Shown: positions 19,321 to 30,962, counted from the stretch's first letter. The stretch: DNA of 64,000 bases from Phytomonospora endophytica (GCF_014202425.1 NZ_JACHGT010000021.1:29884-93883); one strand, 5' to 3'. Made by a program: numbers and translations. The notes: generated from the sequence alone by a model not told the origin.

Positions 19321-19973
19321 GCCCGGTCTCGGTGCTCGTCGTCGACGACGACGAACTCACCCGCACCGGCCTGCGTGCCCTGCTGTCCACGGAGGACGAC
19401 CTCACCGTCGTCGGTGAGGCCGCCGACGGTTCCCAGGTCCTGCCCATGGTCGTGGAACTGCGCCCCGACATCGTCCTGATGGACGTGCGCATGCCCGGCA
19501 TGGACGGCATCACCGCCACCCGCCTGCTGCGCCGGGAACTGCCCGAGCCGCCCAAGGTCGTCGTCATCACCACCTTCGAGAACGACGAGTACGTCTACGA
19601 CGCACTGCACGCCGGGGCCAGCGGTTTCCTCCTCAAACGAGCCCGCTCCGCCCAGATCGCCCACGCCCTGCGCCTCATCGCCACCGGCGAGTCCGTCCTC
19701 TTCCCCGATACCATCCGCCGCCTGGCCGCCGCCCGTCCCGGCCGCCCGCCGAACGGCTCGCCCGGCTCGGCCCCGCTCACCGGCCGCGAACTGGACGTAC
19801 TGCGGCTCATGGCATCCGGTCTGTCCAATCTCGACATCGCCGGGCGCCTCTACGTGAGCCTGGAGACGGTGAAGACCCACGTCGGCAACATCCTCGCCAA
19901 ACTCGGCGCGGACAACCGGACGCAGGCCGTCGTCATGGCCTACGAGTCGGGCTTCGTCACACCCGGGGGCTGA
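19317..19973 (+). CDS. NarL/LuxR-family response regulator
   Basis: ATGA overlap with the kinase gene. Receiver domain (VLVVDDDELTR…DIVLMDVRMPG) plus a LuxR HTH. Confidence 0.85.
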   Translation: MSPVSVLVVDDDELTRTGLRALLSTEDDLTVVGEAADGSQVLPMVVELRPDIVLMDVRMPGMDGITATRLLRRELPEPPKVVVITTFENDEYVYDALHAGASGFLLKRARSAQIAHALRLIATGESVLFPDTIRRLAAARPGRPPNGSPGSAPLTGRELDVLRLMASGLSNLDIAGRLYVSLETVKTHVGNILAKLGADNRTQAVVMAYESGFVTPGG

Positions 19974-20083
19974 ACGCTCCAGGATCGGCCGCACCGCGCG
20001 GATCCCGGGGTAGCACGCGCGTGCGCGCGGACCGTCCCGTATGGACGTTCCGCTCGTCCGCGCCTCCCCCTAGGCTGTCCGGC

Positions 20084-21880
20084 ATGCCCTCCACGCACCT
20101 CGGCATCGACTTCGGCACCTCGCACACCGTCGCCGCCCTCACCCGGCCCGACGGTTCCGTCGAACCCCTCCTCTTCGACGGCTCGCCGCTGCTCCCGTCG
20201 GCCGTCCTTGCCGAGGAGGACGGGCGCCTCATCGTCGGCTCCGACGCGCTCCAGGCCGCCCGCATGCGACCGGACCGCTGCGAACCGCACCCCAAACGCC
20301 GTGTCGACGACGGGACCGTCCTGCTCGGCGAGCGCGAGTACCCGGTCGGCGACCTGTTCGCGGCCGTGCTCGGCCTGGTACGGCGGCGCTGTGTCGAGGT
20401 CGCGGGCGCGGTCCCGCCGTCGGTGGGGCTGACGCACCCGGCGTCGTGGGGGCCGACGCGCAGGCGGGTCCTGACGCAGGCGGCGTCGGCGGCGGGGTTC
20501 CCGACGGTGCGGCTCATGCCCGAGCCGGTCGCCGCGGCCAGGTATTACACGAACGCGCTGCACCTCGACGTGCCGGTCGGCGCGGCCGTCGCGGTCCACG
20601 ACTTCGGTGGCGGCACCTTCGACGCGAGCGTCGTCCGCCGCACCACGGACGGTTTCGAGGTCCTGTCCGTCGACGGTCTCGACAATCTCGGTGGCGTCGA
20701 CATCGACCACGCCCTCATCGACCACGTCAAACCGGGGGAGACGGCCGGAGCGATCAGCGCCCGCGAGGAGTGGCTGTTCCGCGAAGACGCGCGGCGGGTC
20801 AAGGAGAGCCTGTCGCGCAGGGCGTCGGCGGAGCTGTACGTCCCCGGCGGCGCCGACGTGCACGTCACGCGCGAGGAGCTCGACGCCCTCGCCGCGCCCA
20901 TGCTGGCGCGCGCGGTCACGGTGACGCAGGCCGTGGTCGCCGACTCCGGCGTCGCGCCCGGTGAACTCGCCGGGGTCTTCCTCGTCGGCGGGGCGAGCCG
21001 GATGCCGCTCGTCGCGACGCTCCTGCACCGGGCCCTCGGCGTCGCACCCGTCGCCGCCGACGACCTGGAGCAGGTCGTCGTGCGTGGTTCGATGCCCGAC
21101 GGCCGCGCGCCGGCGCCGGTGCCCGTGCCGCCGATGGTTCCCGCGCAGGCCACGCCGGTCTCGGCGCCTCCCGTCGCGCAGGCCGTGCCGGTGTACCCGC
21201 CGCCCACCGGACCGCCGGTGGCCGCGCCCGTGTACCCGCCGTCGGTCTACCCGGCGCCGGCCCCGCAGCCGGTCTATCCGCCGCCCGCGGGTCCGCCGGA
21301 CCCTGCCGCGTACCCGCCGCCCGTCCAGGCCGCCCACCCGGCGCCCGGGCGGCCCTCGCTCACCGGCCAGAGCATCAGCGACCGCTTCGGCCCGATCGCG
21401 CTGTGGATCCTGGCCGCCTGCCTGCTCGGTGTCGTCGCCATCGGCCCGTTCCTCGGCGGGGACCTTGAGTCCGACTACGGCTGGCGTGAAGAGGGCGGCT
21501 TCGACCACGACATGGTGGACTTCGTCGAGGTCTCGCGGATCATCACCATGATCATCGCGGGGGGACTCCTGCTGCTCCACCGCATCCGGGTCCCCGGGAT
21601 GCGGTGGGTCCTCACCGGTGTCTTCGCCGTCGGTGCCGCCGCACTCAGCGTCGCCACCCTCGGCATGGCCGCCCTCGGAGACGACGACGTCGCCACCGCG
21701 CACTATTTCTGCACCCTCCTCGCCGTGGCGGCACTCGAACTGCTCTTCACCGACGCCGTCGCCGACTGGTACCGCGCCGGACCCCGCGTCGGCGTCGCAC
21801 CCGTCACCCGCTGGTTCCTCGGAGGCGCGTTCGCCGCCGTCCTCGGCGGCTTCGCCCTGGGTCTCGACGCCATGGGCTGA
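20084..21880 (+). CDS. Hsp70-family (DnaK-like ATPase) protein with Pro-rich linker and C-terminal 4-TM membrane domain
   Basis: Actin-fold motifs GIDFGTSHT and DFGGGTFD. A Pro/Tyr-rich repeat (VYPPP…) is followed by hydrophobic helices. Confidence 0.7.
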   Translation: MPSTHLGIDFGTSHTVAALTRPDGSVEPLLFDGSPLLPSAVLAEEDGRLIVGSDALQAARMRPDRCEPHPKRRVDDGTVLLGEREYPVGDLFAAVLGLVRRRCVEVAGAVPPSVGLTHPASWGPTRRRVLTQAASAAGFPTVRLMPEPVAAARYYTNALHLDVPVGAAVAVHDFGGGTFDASVVRRTTDGFEVLSVDGLDNLGGVDIDHALIDHVKPGETAGAISAREEWLFREDARRVKESLSRRASAELYVPGGADVHVTREELDALAAPMLARAVTVTQAVVADSGVAPGELAGVFLVGGASRMPLVATLLHRALGVAPVAADDLEQVVVRGSMPDGRAPAPVPVPPMVPAQATPVSAPPVAQAVPVYPPPTGPPVAAPVYPPSVYPAPAPQPVYPPPAGPPDPAAYPPPVQAAHPAPGRPSLTGQSISDRFGPIALWILAACLLGVVAIGPFLGGDLESDYGWREEGGFDHDMVDFVEVSRIITMIIAGGLLLLHRIRVPGMRWVLTGVFAVGAAALSVATLGMAALGDDDVATAHYFCTLLAVAALELLFTDAVADWYRAGPRVGVAPVTRWFLGGAFAAVLGGFALGLDAMG

Positions 21881-21975
21881 TTTGCCGCGAGCGCACCGAA
21901 AACACGCGACCTCGCCCCACGACAACGAGATCTTCGCCCCTACCCGCCCTGGCCGCGACCGGCTACCGTGTGCAC

Positions 21976-22380
21976 ATGACCGACGCCGAGCCCGTTCTCC
22001 AGCCGTCCGGTGGCGCCCGTCCGCCCGACAACGCCCCTGGCGACCTCGCGTTCACCACGGTGAAGTACATGGTCGCCAACGGCCCCACCGCGGTCGTCGC
22101 GGGCAGCGAAGCCGAAGGCAAACTCCTCGCCGTGCACGCCGTCCGCGCCCGCTGCGACGACCTCGGATGGGTCCCGCCCACGGTCGCCGATCTGGAGATC
22201 GAAGGCAGCTCCCCCGACGGCGAAGGCGGCCGCACCTTCCGCGTCGCCAGCCTCGACAGGGCCCTCACCGCGACCGTCCACGTACCGGCGGAGACGCCGG
22301 GAGCGTCGATCGCCGTGACGCTGTCGAAGATCGACGAGCAGGACGCCTGGAACGACGACGGGTTCGCCTGGGACAGCTGA
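21976..22380 (+). CDS. Hypothetical protein
   Basis: Codon-biased ORF with no recognised motifs. Confidence 0.4.
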   Translation: MTDAEPVLQPSGGARPPDNAPGDLAFTTVKYMVANGPTAVVAGSEAEGKLLAVHAVRARCDDLGWVPPTVADLEIEGSSPDGEGGRTFRVASLDRALTATVHVPAETPGASIAVTLSKIDEQDAWNDDGFAWDS

Positions 22381-22483
22381 GGGGCTGTGCTCGTTCGGGT
22401 CGCTGCGCTCGCGATGCGGCCGGCGCCGCCTTACGCTGCCCACACCACGGTTCCCGTGGTCGTGGTCTTCGTGGTGGGTCTTC

Positions 22484-23386
22484 CTACCGCGTCACCAGAT
22501 CCGCCAGCGCGAACACGAACAGCGCGATCCCCACGAACCCGTTCGACGTGAAGAACGCCCGGTTCACCTTCGACAGGTCTCCCGGGCGCACGATCACGTG
22601 CTGGTAGACGAACGCCGCCGCCGCCAGGGCCAGGCCGACCCACCACAGCGGGCCGTACCCGGTGAGCGCGCCGAACCACACGAACAACCCGAACGTCACC
22701 ACATGCACGACGCTCGACGTGTGCAGCGAGGCGGCGATGCCCCACTTCGCGGGGAACGACTTCACGCCGTTCGTGCGGTCGGCCGCCACGTCCTGGCAGG
22801 CGTAGATCAGGTCGAAGCCGCCGATCCAGAGTCCGACGCCGATGCCCAGAACCCACGCCGGTCCCGAGCCCTCGAAGGTGCCCGTCACGGCGAGCCAGGC
22901 GCCGACGGGGGCGACGGCCTGGGCGAGTCCCAGGATCGCGTGCGGGTAGTACGTGAACCGCTTCCCGTACGGGTAGACGATCATCGGCACCACGGCCAGC
23001 GGCGACAGCACCAGGCACAGCGGGTTCAGCAGCGCGGCGGCGGCGAAGAACACCACCAGCGACACCGCGCTGCCGACGTACGCCGTCCGCATGCTGACCG
23101 CGCCCGTCACCAGTTCGCGCTGGGCGGTGCGGGGGTTGCGGGCGTCGATCTGCCGGTCGATGATCCGGTTGGCCGCCATCGCGAAAGTCCGGCCCGACAC
23201 CATCGCCACCGTCACCAGCAGCAGATCCCACCAGCGGACCCACCCGCCGGAGTCGGGGCGCTCGACGTACATCGCCGTCAGCGTCGCCAGGTAGGCGAAC
23301 GGCAGCGCGAAGACCGAGTGCTCGATCACCACGAGCTTCGTGAACGCCCGCACCGGGTTCGTGCGGGCCACGGCCGCGGCGCTCAC
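22484..23386 (-). CDS. UbiA-family aromatic prenyltransferase (menaquinone/futalosine-pathway type)
   Basis: Polytopic protein with Asp-rich UbiA motifs (NRIIDRQIDARN; DLIYACQDVAADR). Adjacent to and overlapping the UbiD-family gene. Confidence 0.75.
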   Translation of the reverse strand: MSAAAVARTNPVRAFTKLVVIEHSVFALPFAYLATLTAMYVERPDSGGWVRWWDLLLVTVAMVSGRTFAMAANRIIDRQIDARNPRTAQRELVTGAVSMRTAYVGSAVSLVVFFAAAALLNPLCLVLSPLAVVPMIVYPYGKRFTYYPHAILGLAQAVAPVGAWLAVTGTFEGSGPAWVLGIGVGLWIGGFDLIYACQDVAADRTNGVKSFPAKWGIAASLHTSSVVHVVTFGLFVWFGALTGYGPLWWVGLALAAAAFVYQHVIVRPGDLSKVNRAFFTSNGFVGIALFVFALADLVTR

Positions 23387-24840
23387 AGCCCGAACTCCGA
23401 CCAGCGCTTGTCGACCTTGGCCACGATGTCCGGCGACATCACCGTCATCTCCGGCCAGCCGCGCGTGTAGCCCTCCGTCACCAGCTTCGCCGTCGCGTCG
23501 ATCCCCGCCTTGCCGCCCCAGAACTGCTGGTACGACGCGTGGTCCAGGTGATCGACCGGCCCCTCGGTGAGCAGCAGGTCGTGCTTGTAGTCGACGTTCC
23601 CGAAGGCCCGGAACGCGACCTCGCGCAGGTCCTGCACGTCGCAGTCCTCGTCGACGACCACGATCAGCTTCGTCAGCGACAGCAGGTGCAGCCCCCAGAT
23701 CGCGTTCATCACCTTCTGCGCGTGCTTCGGGTAGCGCTTGCGGATCGACACGACCAGCGCGTTGTGGAACACCCCCGGCTCGGGCATGTTCATGTCGACG
23801 ATGTCGGGGATCATCAGCTTGATCAGCGGCTTGAAGATCCGCTCGGTCGCCTTGCCCAGGCCCAGGTCCTCCTGCGGCGGGCGCGAGGTGATGATCGAGT
23901 GGTAGATCGGGTTCCTCTGCGTCGTCATCGTCTCGACGTGCAGCACCGGGAACGGCTCGACCGGCGTGTAGAAGCCCGTGTGGTCCCCGAAGGGCCCCTC
24001 CGGCAGGCGCTCGCCCGGCTCGACGTAGCCCTCCAGCACGACCTGCGCGTTGGCCGGCACCTGGAGCGGGACGGTCAGGCAGTCGACCATCTCGACGCGC
24101 TGCCCGCGCAGGAAACCCGCGAACAGGTACTCGTCGATGTCGCCCGGCAGCGGGGCCGAGGCCGCGTAGGACACGACCGGGTCGCAGCCGAAGGCGATCG
24201 CGACGGGCAGCCGCTCCCCGCGCCGCTCGGCGACGGCGTGGTGGGCGGTGGAGTCCTTGTGGATCTGCCAGTGCATGCCCAGGGTGCGGTGGTCGTGCTG
24301 CTGAAGGCGGTACAGCCCGAGGTTGCGTTTGCCCGTCTCCGGGTGGCGCGTGTGGGTCAGCCCGTAGTTGTGGAAGATCCCGCCGTCGCCGGGCCAGGTC
24401 ACCAGGCCGGGGAGGCGGTTGAGGTCGACCTTGTCGCCCTTGTAGACGACCTCCTGGCAGGGCGCGCTCCTGGTCTTCTTCGGCGGCAGCGACTTGAGCT
24501 GCATGAGCTTGCCGAGCCCGTCGCGGATCCCCGACCAGCCGATCGGCAGGTCGGGCTTGATCAGGTCGCCGATGCGGGCGCCGATCTCGTCGAGGTGACC
24601 GACGCCGAGGGCCTTGGCCATGCGGTCGACGTTGCCGAAGAGGTTCATCGCGACGGGCATGTCGCCGCGCGTGGGGTTCTCGAAGAGCAGGGCCGGGCCG
24701 CCCGCGCGCACGACCCGCTGGGTGATCTCGCTGATCTCAAGAGCCGGGTCGACGGGGGCGGTGATGCGGCGCAGGTCCCCGTCGCGCTCCAGGGCGGTCA
24801 GGAACTCGGGGAGGTCTGCGTACGGGAAGCCTTTGGCCAT
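23383..24840 (-). CDS. UbiD-family decarboxylase (menaquinone biosynthesis decarboxylase-like)
   Basis: ATG 24838-24840. Full-length UbiD fold recognisable (…GPFGDHTGFYT…). Confidence 0.8.
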   Translation of the reverse strand: MAKGFPYADLPEFLTALERDGDLRRITAPVDPALEISEITQRVVRAGGPALLFENPTRGDMPVAMNLFGNVDRMAKALGVGHLDEIGARIGDLIKPDLPIGWSGIRDGLGKLMQLKSLPPKKTRSAPCQEVVYKGDKVDLNRLPGLVTWPGDGGIFHNYGLTHTRHPETGKRNLGLYRLQQHDHRTLGMHWQIHKDSTAHHAVAERRGERLPVAIAFGCDPVVSYAASAPLPGDIDEYLFAGFLRGQRVEMVDCLTVPLQVPANAQVVLEGYVEPGERLPEGPFGDHTGFYTPVEPFPVLHVETMTTQRNPIYHSIITSRPPQEDLGLGKATERIFKPLIKLMIPDIVDMNMPEPGVFHNALVVSIRKRYPKHAQKVMNAIWGLHLLSLTKLIVVVDEDCDVQDLREVAFRAFGNVDYKHDLLLTEGPVDHLDHASYQQFWGGKAGIDATAKLVTEGYTRGWPEMTVMSPDIVAKVDKRWSEFGL

Positions 24841-24929
24841 GGCGCTATTGAACCCGATCCCCGGAGCGGATGATCGGGCGCGCCGGGCGGGGGTGAGCCG
24901 GGAGACGCCGGAGCGCCGCCCGGCGCCGC

Positions 24930-25568
24930 TCACCCGCGCCGCCTGAAGCCGATCTTGAGCACGTTCTCGATGTAGTACTCCAGGAACGGCGGCAGGTACG
25001 GCCCCATGATCTGGTCGAACACCTTCGACAGCTCACCGCCGTCGGGCGCGTCGGTCAGCGACACCAGCCTCCACGTGTTCAGCGGCCGCTCCTCGGTCCC
25101 GGCGGCGCCGTGCTCGACGTGGAACAGCGGCTGGGCGGTCGTCGCGGTGACGGTCTCGCCGCGGTCGTCGACCGCCTCGGCCGCGCCCAGGAAGGTCACC
25201 GTCCGCGTCTCGTGGTTCAGGTGCGTCTTCTCGATGATCAGGCCGGAGGACGACATGTCCTTCCACAGCCACTGCTCCGACACCCGCGTGTAGGTCGGAT
25301 CATCGCCCCATGAGCGGACCGAGGCCTTGTCGGCGACGGGGATGTACAGGTCGGGCCGGCGTGCCTTGCGGACCTCCATGTCCCACAGCATCGTGCGGGT
25401 GAAGGTCAAGGGCTCGGCGACCTCATAGCGTTCGGCGAGGACGGCGTTGACGTCGAGGTCGGGGAGGTGGATCAGGGTGTGGCGGGGGTCGGCCCAGGCC
25501 TCGGCGAAGCTTTTCTCGTACTCGTGAGCGGTCACGGTGATCTCCGGTCTAGAATTGGTTATCCGCAT
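24930..25568 (-). CDS. Hypothetical protein (start uncertain)
   Basis: 212-aa ORF with coding bias and no recognised family. Confidence 0.4.
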   Translation of the reverse strand: MRITNSRPEITVTAHEYEKSFAEAWADPRHTLIHLPDLDVNAVLAERYEVAEPLTFTRTMLWDMEVRKARRPDLYIPVADKASVRSWGDDPTYTRVSEQWLWKDMSSSGLIIEKTHLNHETRTVTFLGAAEAVDDRGETVTATTAQPLFHVEHGAAGTEERPLNTWRLVSLTDAPDGGELSKVFDQIMGPYLPPFLEYYIENVLKIGFRRRG

Positions 25569-25627
25569 AATGGTTACTCGGCTAAAGGTTATGCGACTAA
25601 CTATCCTTGCGCAAGAGGGGACATTCC

Positions 25628-26074
25628 ATGGACTTCGCCCGCGCCGACGCGCTCAACACCGCGATCCGCACGATCGCCATCCGGCACCGGGCCCTCGCCG
25701 CCTCGATGCTCGCCGAACTCGGCCTGCACCCCGGCCACGAGGCCGTCCTGCTCGCGCTGGCCACCCACGGCCCGCAGACCCAGAAGGAACTCGCCGTCGA
25801 GGCCAACTGCGAGCCCCCGAGCATCACGGTCATGGTCCGCAAGCTGGAGACCGCCGGGCTCGTCGAGCGCGCCTCCGACGCCGGCGACGCCCGCGCCCGC
25901 GTCGTCAGCCTCACCCAGCGGGGCAGCGAGCTCATCGGCCCACTCAAACGCGTCTGGACCAGGCTGGCCGAGGAGACCGTCGTGGGCATCGACGAGGAGG
26001 CCGTCGCCGAACTCCTCGGCGCCCTGGAACTCCTCGCGGGAAACCTCCGCGCACGCGGGAAACTCCGCCTGTGA
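25628..26074 (+). CDS. MarR family transcriptional regulator
   Basis: MarR winged-helix pattern (…LLALATHGPQTQKELAVEANCEPPSITVMVRKLETAGLVER…). Confidence 0.7.
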   Translation: MDFARADALNTAIRTIAIRHRALAASMLAELGLHPGHEAVLLALATHGPQTQKELAVEANCEPPSITVMVRKLETAGLVERASDAGDARARVVSLTQRGSELIGPLKRVWTRLAEETVVGIDEEAVAELLGALELLAGNLRARGKLRL

Positions 26075-26126
26075 CGGCGAAGGGCCGCACCCCTGGCGGG
26101 ATGCGGCCCTCGTAGAGCTGTGAGAC

Positions 26127-27212
<1,086 letters not shown>

Positions 27213-27393
27213 GATGTTTCCTTCCACCGGCAGGAACGTGCCGGACGATCCGAGTAAAAGGTGACGGCCCCGCCTGTTTAAGTGAACGGGCGAGGCCGAC
27301 CAGGTGAGACCACCTAAGCAGGTGATCTTCACGGCGACAAGTGCGCGCGGGTGTTATGCCCGGATCCTGGGCAATTTTTGTTGTGAGGGTGAA

Positions 27394-28230
27394 CTATCGG
27401 AAGGCCCCGGCCCTCTCCTCGGCCCACTCGGCGAAGGTCAGCGGCGGGCGGTCGAGCAGCCCGGCGAGGACCTCGGTGGTCGGTCCGGGCCGCTCCAGGC
27501 AGGCCGCGAGGTAGCCGTACATGCGCTGCGGGACCTCGGCGGGGACGCCGCGGGCGGTCATGGCGGCACCGGCCTCCTCGGGGGTGACCTCGGTCCAGGG
27601 GACGTCCTCGCCGAGCGCGGCGGCGATCGCGGCGACCTGCTCGCGCTGGGTGAGCGACTGCGGGCCGGTGATCGCGTAGGACCGCCCGGCGTGCGCGGGG
27701 TCGGTGAGGGCGGCGGCCGCGACCGCGGCGATGTCGCGTTCGTGGAGGGGCGAGGTGGCGGCGTCGCCGAGGGCGCAGCGCACGGCACGGGCCGTCCGGA
27801 TCTGCCCGGCCCAGACCATGGCGTTGCCGTCGAACTGCGCGCAGCGCAGGAAGGTGTGGTCCAGTCCCGACGCCGCCACGGCCGTCTCGGCCAGCTTGAA
27901 GGCCGTGGCGAAGCGCTCATAGCCGCCGCCGTACTCGACGGTGATGGCCGACAGCAGGACCGCGCGGCGCACGCCCCGCCGTCGCGCCTCCACGAGCAGC
28001 TCGGGAAGGCCCTCGCCGACCGCGCGCGGGCTGATCAGGATCGCCTCGGCCCCGTCGAGGGCGGCGGCGTAGGTCGCGGGCTTCGACGCGTCGCCGTGGA
28101 CGACGGTGGTGCCGTCGGGGAAGGCCGCACCGGCGTCGCGGGTGAGGGCGGCGGGTTTGTGGCCGAGGTGGCGGAGACGCGCGACGGTCTCGCGGCCGAC
28201 CGCGCCGGTGGCTCCGGTAATGAGGATCAT
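27394..28230 (-). CDS. NmrA-like / NAD(P)H-binding SDR-type oxidoreductase
   Basis: N-terminal Rossmann motif MILITGATGAVG. Confidence 0.7.
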   Translation of the reverse strand: MILITGATGAVGRETVARLRHLGHKPAALTRDAGAAFPDGTTVVHGDASKPATYAAALDGAEAILISPRAVGEGLPELLVEARRRGVRRAVLLSAITVEYGGGYERFATAFKLAETAVAASGLDHTFLRCAQFDGNAMVWAGQIRTARAVRCALGDAATSPLHERDIAAVAAAALTDPAHAGRSYAITGPQSLTQREQVAAIAAALGEDVPWTEVTPEEAGAAMTARGVPAEVPQRMYGYLAACLERPGPTTEVLAGLLDRPPLTFAEWAEERAGAFR

Positions 28231-28287
28231 GGCTGCCCTTTCGGTACCGTGTGTTATGCGGGTCGTTCTATACGAGGAGCGTATTCT

Positions 28288-28773
28288 ATGAGTTCCGTAG
28301 TAAATACGGAAGGTGCCCGGGCTCACAGGCGGGCGTCGGCCGCCGTCCGGGAGTCCCTGCGCGGTCTGGCCGTCCAGTTGTCGCTGCTCAACCAGGGCGT
28401 CGGCGGCCGCCTGGAGCTCAAGGGCACCGACGTCGGATGCCTCGACCTGGTCAACCGGCTCGGGCCGCTGAGCCCGACGGCGCTGGCCAAGGCGGCCGGC
28501 ATGCACCCCGCGACGATGACCGGCGTGCTGGACCGGCTGGAGAAAGGCGGCTGGGTCGCGCGCGAGCGCGACGAGGCGGACCGCCGTGCCGTGAAGATCC
28601 GTGCGCGCAAGGACCGCAACGGCGAGGTGCTCCAGGCCTACGCGGGCATGAACACGGCCATGGAGGAGCTGTGCGCGGGCTACGGCGTGGAGGAGCTGGA
28701 GCTGATCAACGACTTCATCCGCCGCACCGCCACCGCCGGGCAGGGGGCGGCCGAGGAACTGCGGGCGGGGTGA
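28288..28773 (+). CDS. MarR family transcriptional regulator (divergent from NmrA-like gene)
   Basis: MarR pattern (…LSPTALAKAAGMHPATMTGVLDRLEKGGWVARERD…). A 57-bp AT-rich divergent intergenic region lies upstream. Confidence 0.7.
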   Translation: MSSVVNTEGARAHRRASAAVRESLRGLAVQLSLLNQGVGGRLELKGTDVGCLDLVNRLGPLSPTALAKAAGMHPATMTGVLDRLEKGGWVARERDEADRRAVKIRARKDRNGEVLQAYAGMNTAMEELCAGYGVEELELINDFIRRTATAGQGAAEELRAG

Positions 28774-28776
28774 GGC

Positions 28777-29163
28777 TCACCGCGAGCGGTGGCGAGCGCG
28801 GTACCGGTTCGCGACCGGGGCCGCGGCGCCCGCCGCCAGCATGATCGCCGCAGCGGTCCAGTGCCGCGGCTGGTGTCCCAGGATCAGGGCCGAGGCGGCG
28901 CCCGCCACGGCTCCCACGCTGAGGCCGAGGGCCGGCCACACGGTCTCGTGACGCAGTGACCAGCGCAGCGAGAAGAGCGTCACGACCGCGCCGGTCAGTA
29001 AGGCGAGCTCGAAGATCCCGCGGCCCTCGGGCAGGCTCCAGATGTCGGCGCGCCATCCGTCGCGATGGCGGACGAGACCGAAGTGGACCGCGCCGGCCGC
29101 GCCCCAGCCCAGCGCGATCGCTCCCACGGCGCCGATCGTCGTGCGCCAGGCATCACGGTCCAT
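28777..29163 (-). CDS. Small integral membrane protein, hypothetical
   Basis: Four hydrophobic segments and coding bias. Confidence 0.4.
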   Translation of the reverse strand: MDRDAWRTTIGAVGAIALGWGAAGAVHFGLVRHRDGWRADIWSLPEGRGIFELALLTGAVVTLFSLRWSLRHETVWPALGLSVGAVAGAASALILGHQPRHWTAAAIMLAAGAAAPVANRYRARHRSR

Positions 29164-29175
29164 GCGCCGAGGTTA

Positions 29176-30064
29176 TTACCGCGACGGTGTCGCCCGCTGT
29201 CCCTGAAGCGTCTGGTCGCGGATCATCGACAGCAGCAGCGCGTGCGTCTCGGCGTCGGCCGCCGCCAGGATTCCCCGGCCGCCGGGCCCGAGCGGTTCGC
29301 CGTCGACGCCGGTGACCACGCAGCCCGACGCGCGGCACAACGCGATCCCGGCGGCGAAGTGCACGCTGCCGGACAGGTCGCCGCCGTCGGTGACGTACGC
29401 GGCCCGTTTCCCGGCCGCGACCCACGCCAGCGCGAGGGTCGTCGACACCACGCGCGGGCGGAACCGCGCGACGAAGCCGGGGTGCGCGAGCAGGTCCACG
29501 GCACGGAAGCCCGGCGCGGACGGGAAAGGCGGGTCGAGGTTGACGTCGACGAGGTTCGTCGCGGGCGTCGGCGCCAGCGGCGTGCCCGACTCCAGTTCGC
29601 GCGCGGTCGTCCCGTCGGTGGCGAAGACCTCGCCGCTGAAGGGGTCGGCGACCGCCGCCGCGCCGTCGCGCAGGGCGACGTTGACCGCGACGAGCATGTT
29701 GCCGACGGCGTAGTTCAGGGTCCCGCAGAGCGGATCGACCAGCCACCGCCGTGCCGACTCGGCCGCCCCCTGTTCGCCGCCCTCCTCGCCGAGGATCGCG
29801 TCCGCGGGCCGGGCGGCGGCGAGGACGGCGAGGATCGCCTTCTCGGCGGCGAGGTCGGCGGCGGTGGCGAAGTCCCCGGCGCCCTTGTCGATCCGGTCGA
29901 GGCGCCCGCCGTACATCGAGCGGACGACGTCGGCGCCGGCCCGGGCGGCGGCGGCCGCGACGCCGGTGTCGTCGAGGTTCGTGAAGGAGTCGATCACGCT
30001 GGGAACAGTAGCGCCGAACGCCGTGGCCGTCCCATGCGGTGAGTCGTCCCTTTCGGACTCCATT
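29176..30064 (-). CDS. Inositol monophosphatase family protein (SuhB/CysQ/HisN-like)
   Basis: IMPase motifs (…WLVDPLCGTLNYAVG… and a C-terminal DGG-like region). Confidence 0.7.
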
Positions 30065-30216
30065 CGCGTTCCCGGCGCAGTTATCCGCCTCACATCGCCG
30101 GGCCGCCACCACCGTGTTGACCGTACGGATGATCCCGGATCACCTCAAAACCCAGTCGCCACCGACTGTTTCGGGCTGACGGACCCTTGACGCGCCCCAG
30201 TATCTTGCCTTTACAC

Positions 30217-30876
30217 ATGTACGGGGAGAGCGAGAAAGCGCGAATGAGGGAATTCGTCCAAGCGAGCCTTGGATTTCCGGCCGTTGTCTTCACCTTCGCG
30301 TTGATCGCCGTCATCGGTTTCTGGGTCCTCACGCTCTTCGGCGGTGCCGACCCCGACTTCCTCGACACCGACGGCGGCGCCGAGGCGGCGTCGGGCGAAG
30401 GCGGCGGGTTCTTCGCCTTCTTCGGGCTCGGCGACGTGCCGGCGACGGTCGTGCTGTCCCTGCTCATCACCTTCACCTGGTTCGCCAGCCTCGCCGGGAC
30501 GGTGCTCCTGAACGCGCTCGACATCCCGACCCCGCTGGTCGTGCTCATCGGCGTCGCCGTGCTCCTCGTCGCGGTGGTGCTGGCATGGGTGTTGACGCGC
30601 GCGCTCATCGCGCCACTCCGCCGGGTCTTCCGTCCCGAGGTTCCGGCTTCCCGCAATGATTTCGTCGGCCGGGTCTGCGTCATTCGCACCGGCAGCGTGA
30701 CGCACGACTTCGGTCAGGCCGAGGTCGCCGCCGACGATGGTTCCACCGCGATCGTCCAGGTTCGCGTACCCGAAGAAATAGCGCACGATCCGGAGGATTT
30801 CCGGTCCGGGCGCACGGCCCTGATCTTCGACTACGACGAGACCGGCGAGGTGTTCCTCGTCGCGCCACCGCCCTAG
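30217..30876 (+). CDS. NfeD-like/YqiJ-family membrane protein with C-terminal OB-fold, flotillin partner
   Basis: TM helices then a beta-rich C-terminus. Lies immediately upstream of the flotillin gene. Start codon uncertain (30217 or 30247). Confidence 0.55.
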   Translation: MYGESEKARMREFVQASLGFPAVVFTFALIAVIGFWVLTLFGGADPDFLDTDGGAEAASGEGGGFFAFFGLGDVPATVVLSLLITFTWFASLAGTVLLNALDIPTPLVVLIGVAVLLVAVVLAWVLTRALIAPLRRVFRPEVPASRNDFVGRVCVIRTGSVTHDFGQAEVAADDGSTAIVQVRVPEEIAHDPEDFRSGRTALIFDYDETGEVFLVAPPP

Positions 30877-30962
30877 ACCGGCGGTCGCCGCACTTCTCTT
30901 TCGCATTGCCCGTTATTTGCCCCCGAGCCCTCGACCGAGGGGTCTGCTGAGGTTCTCTTTAG

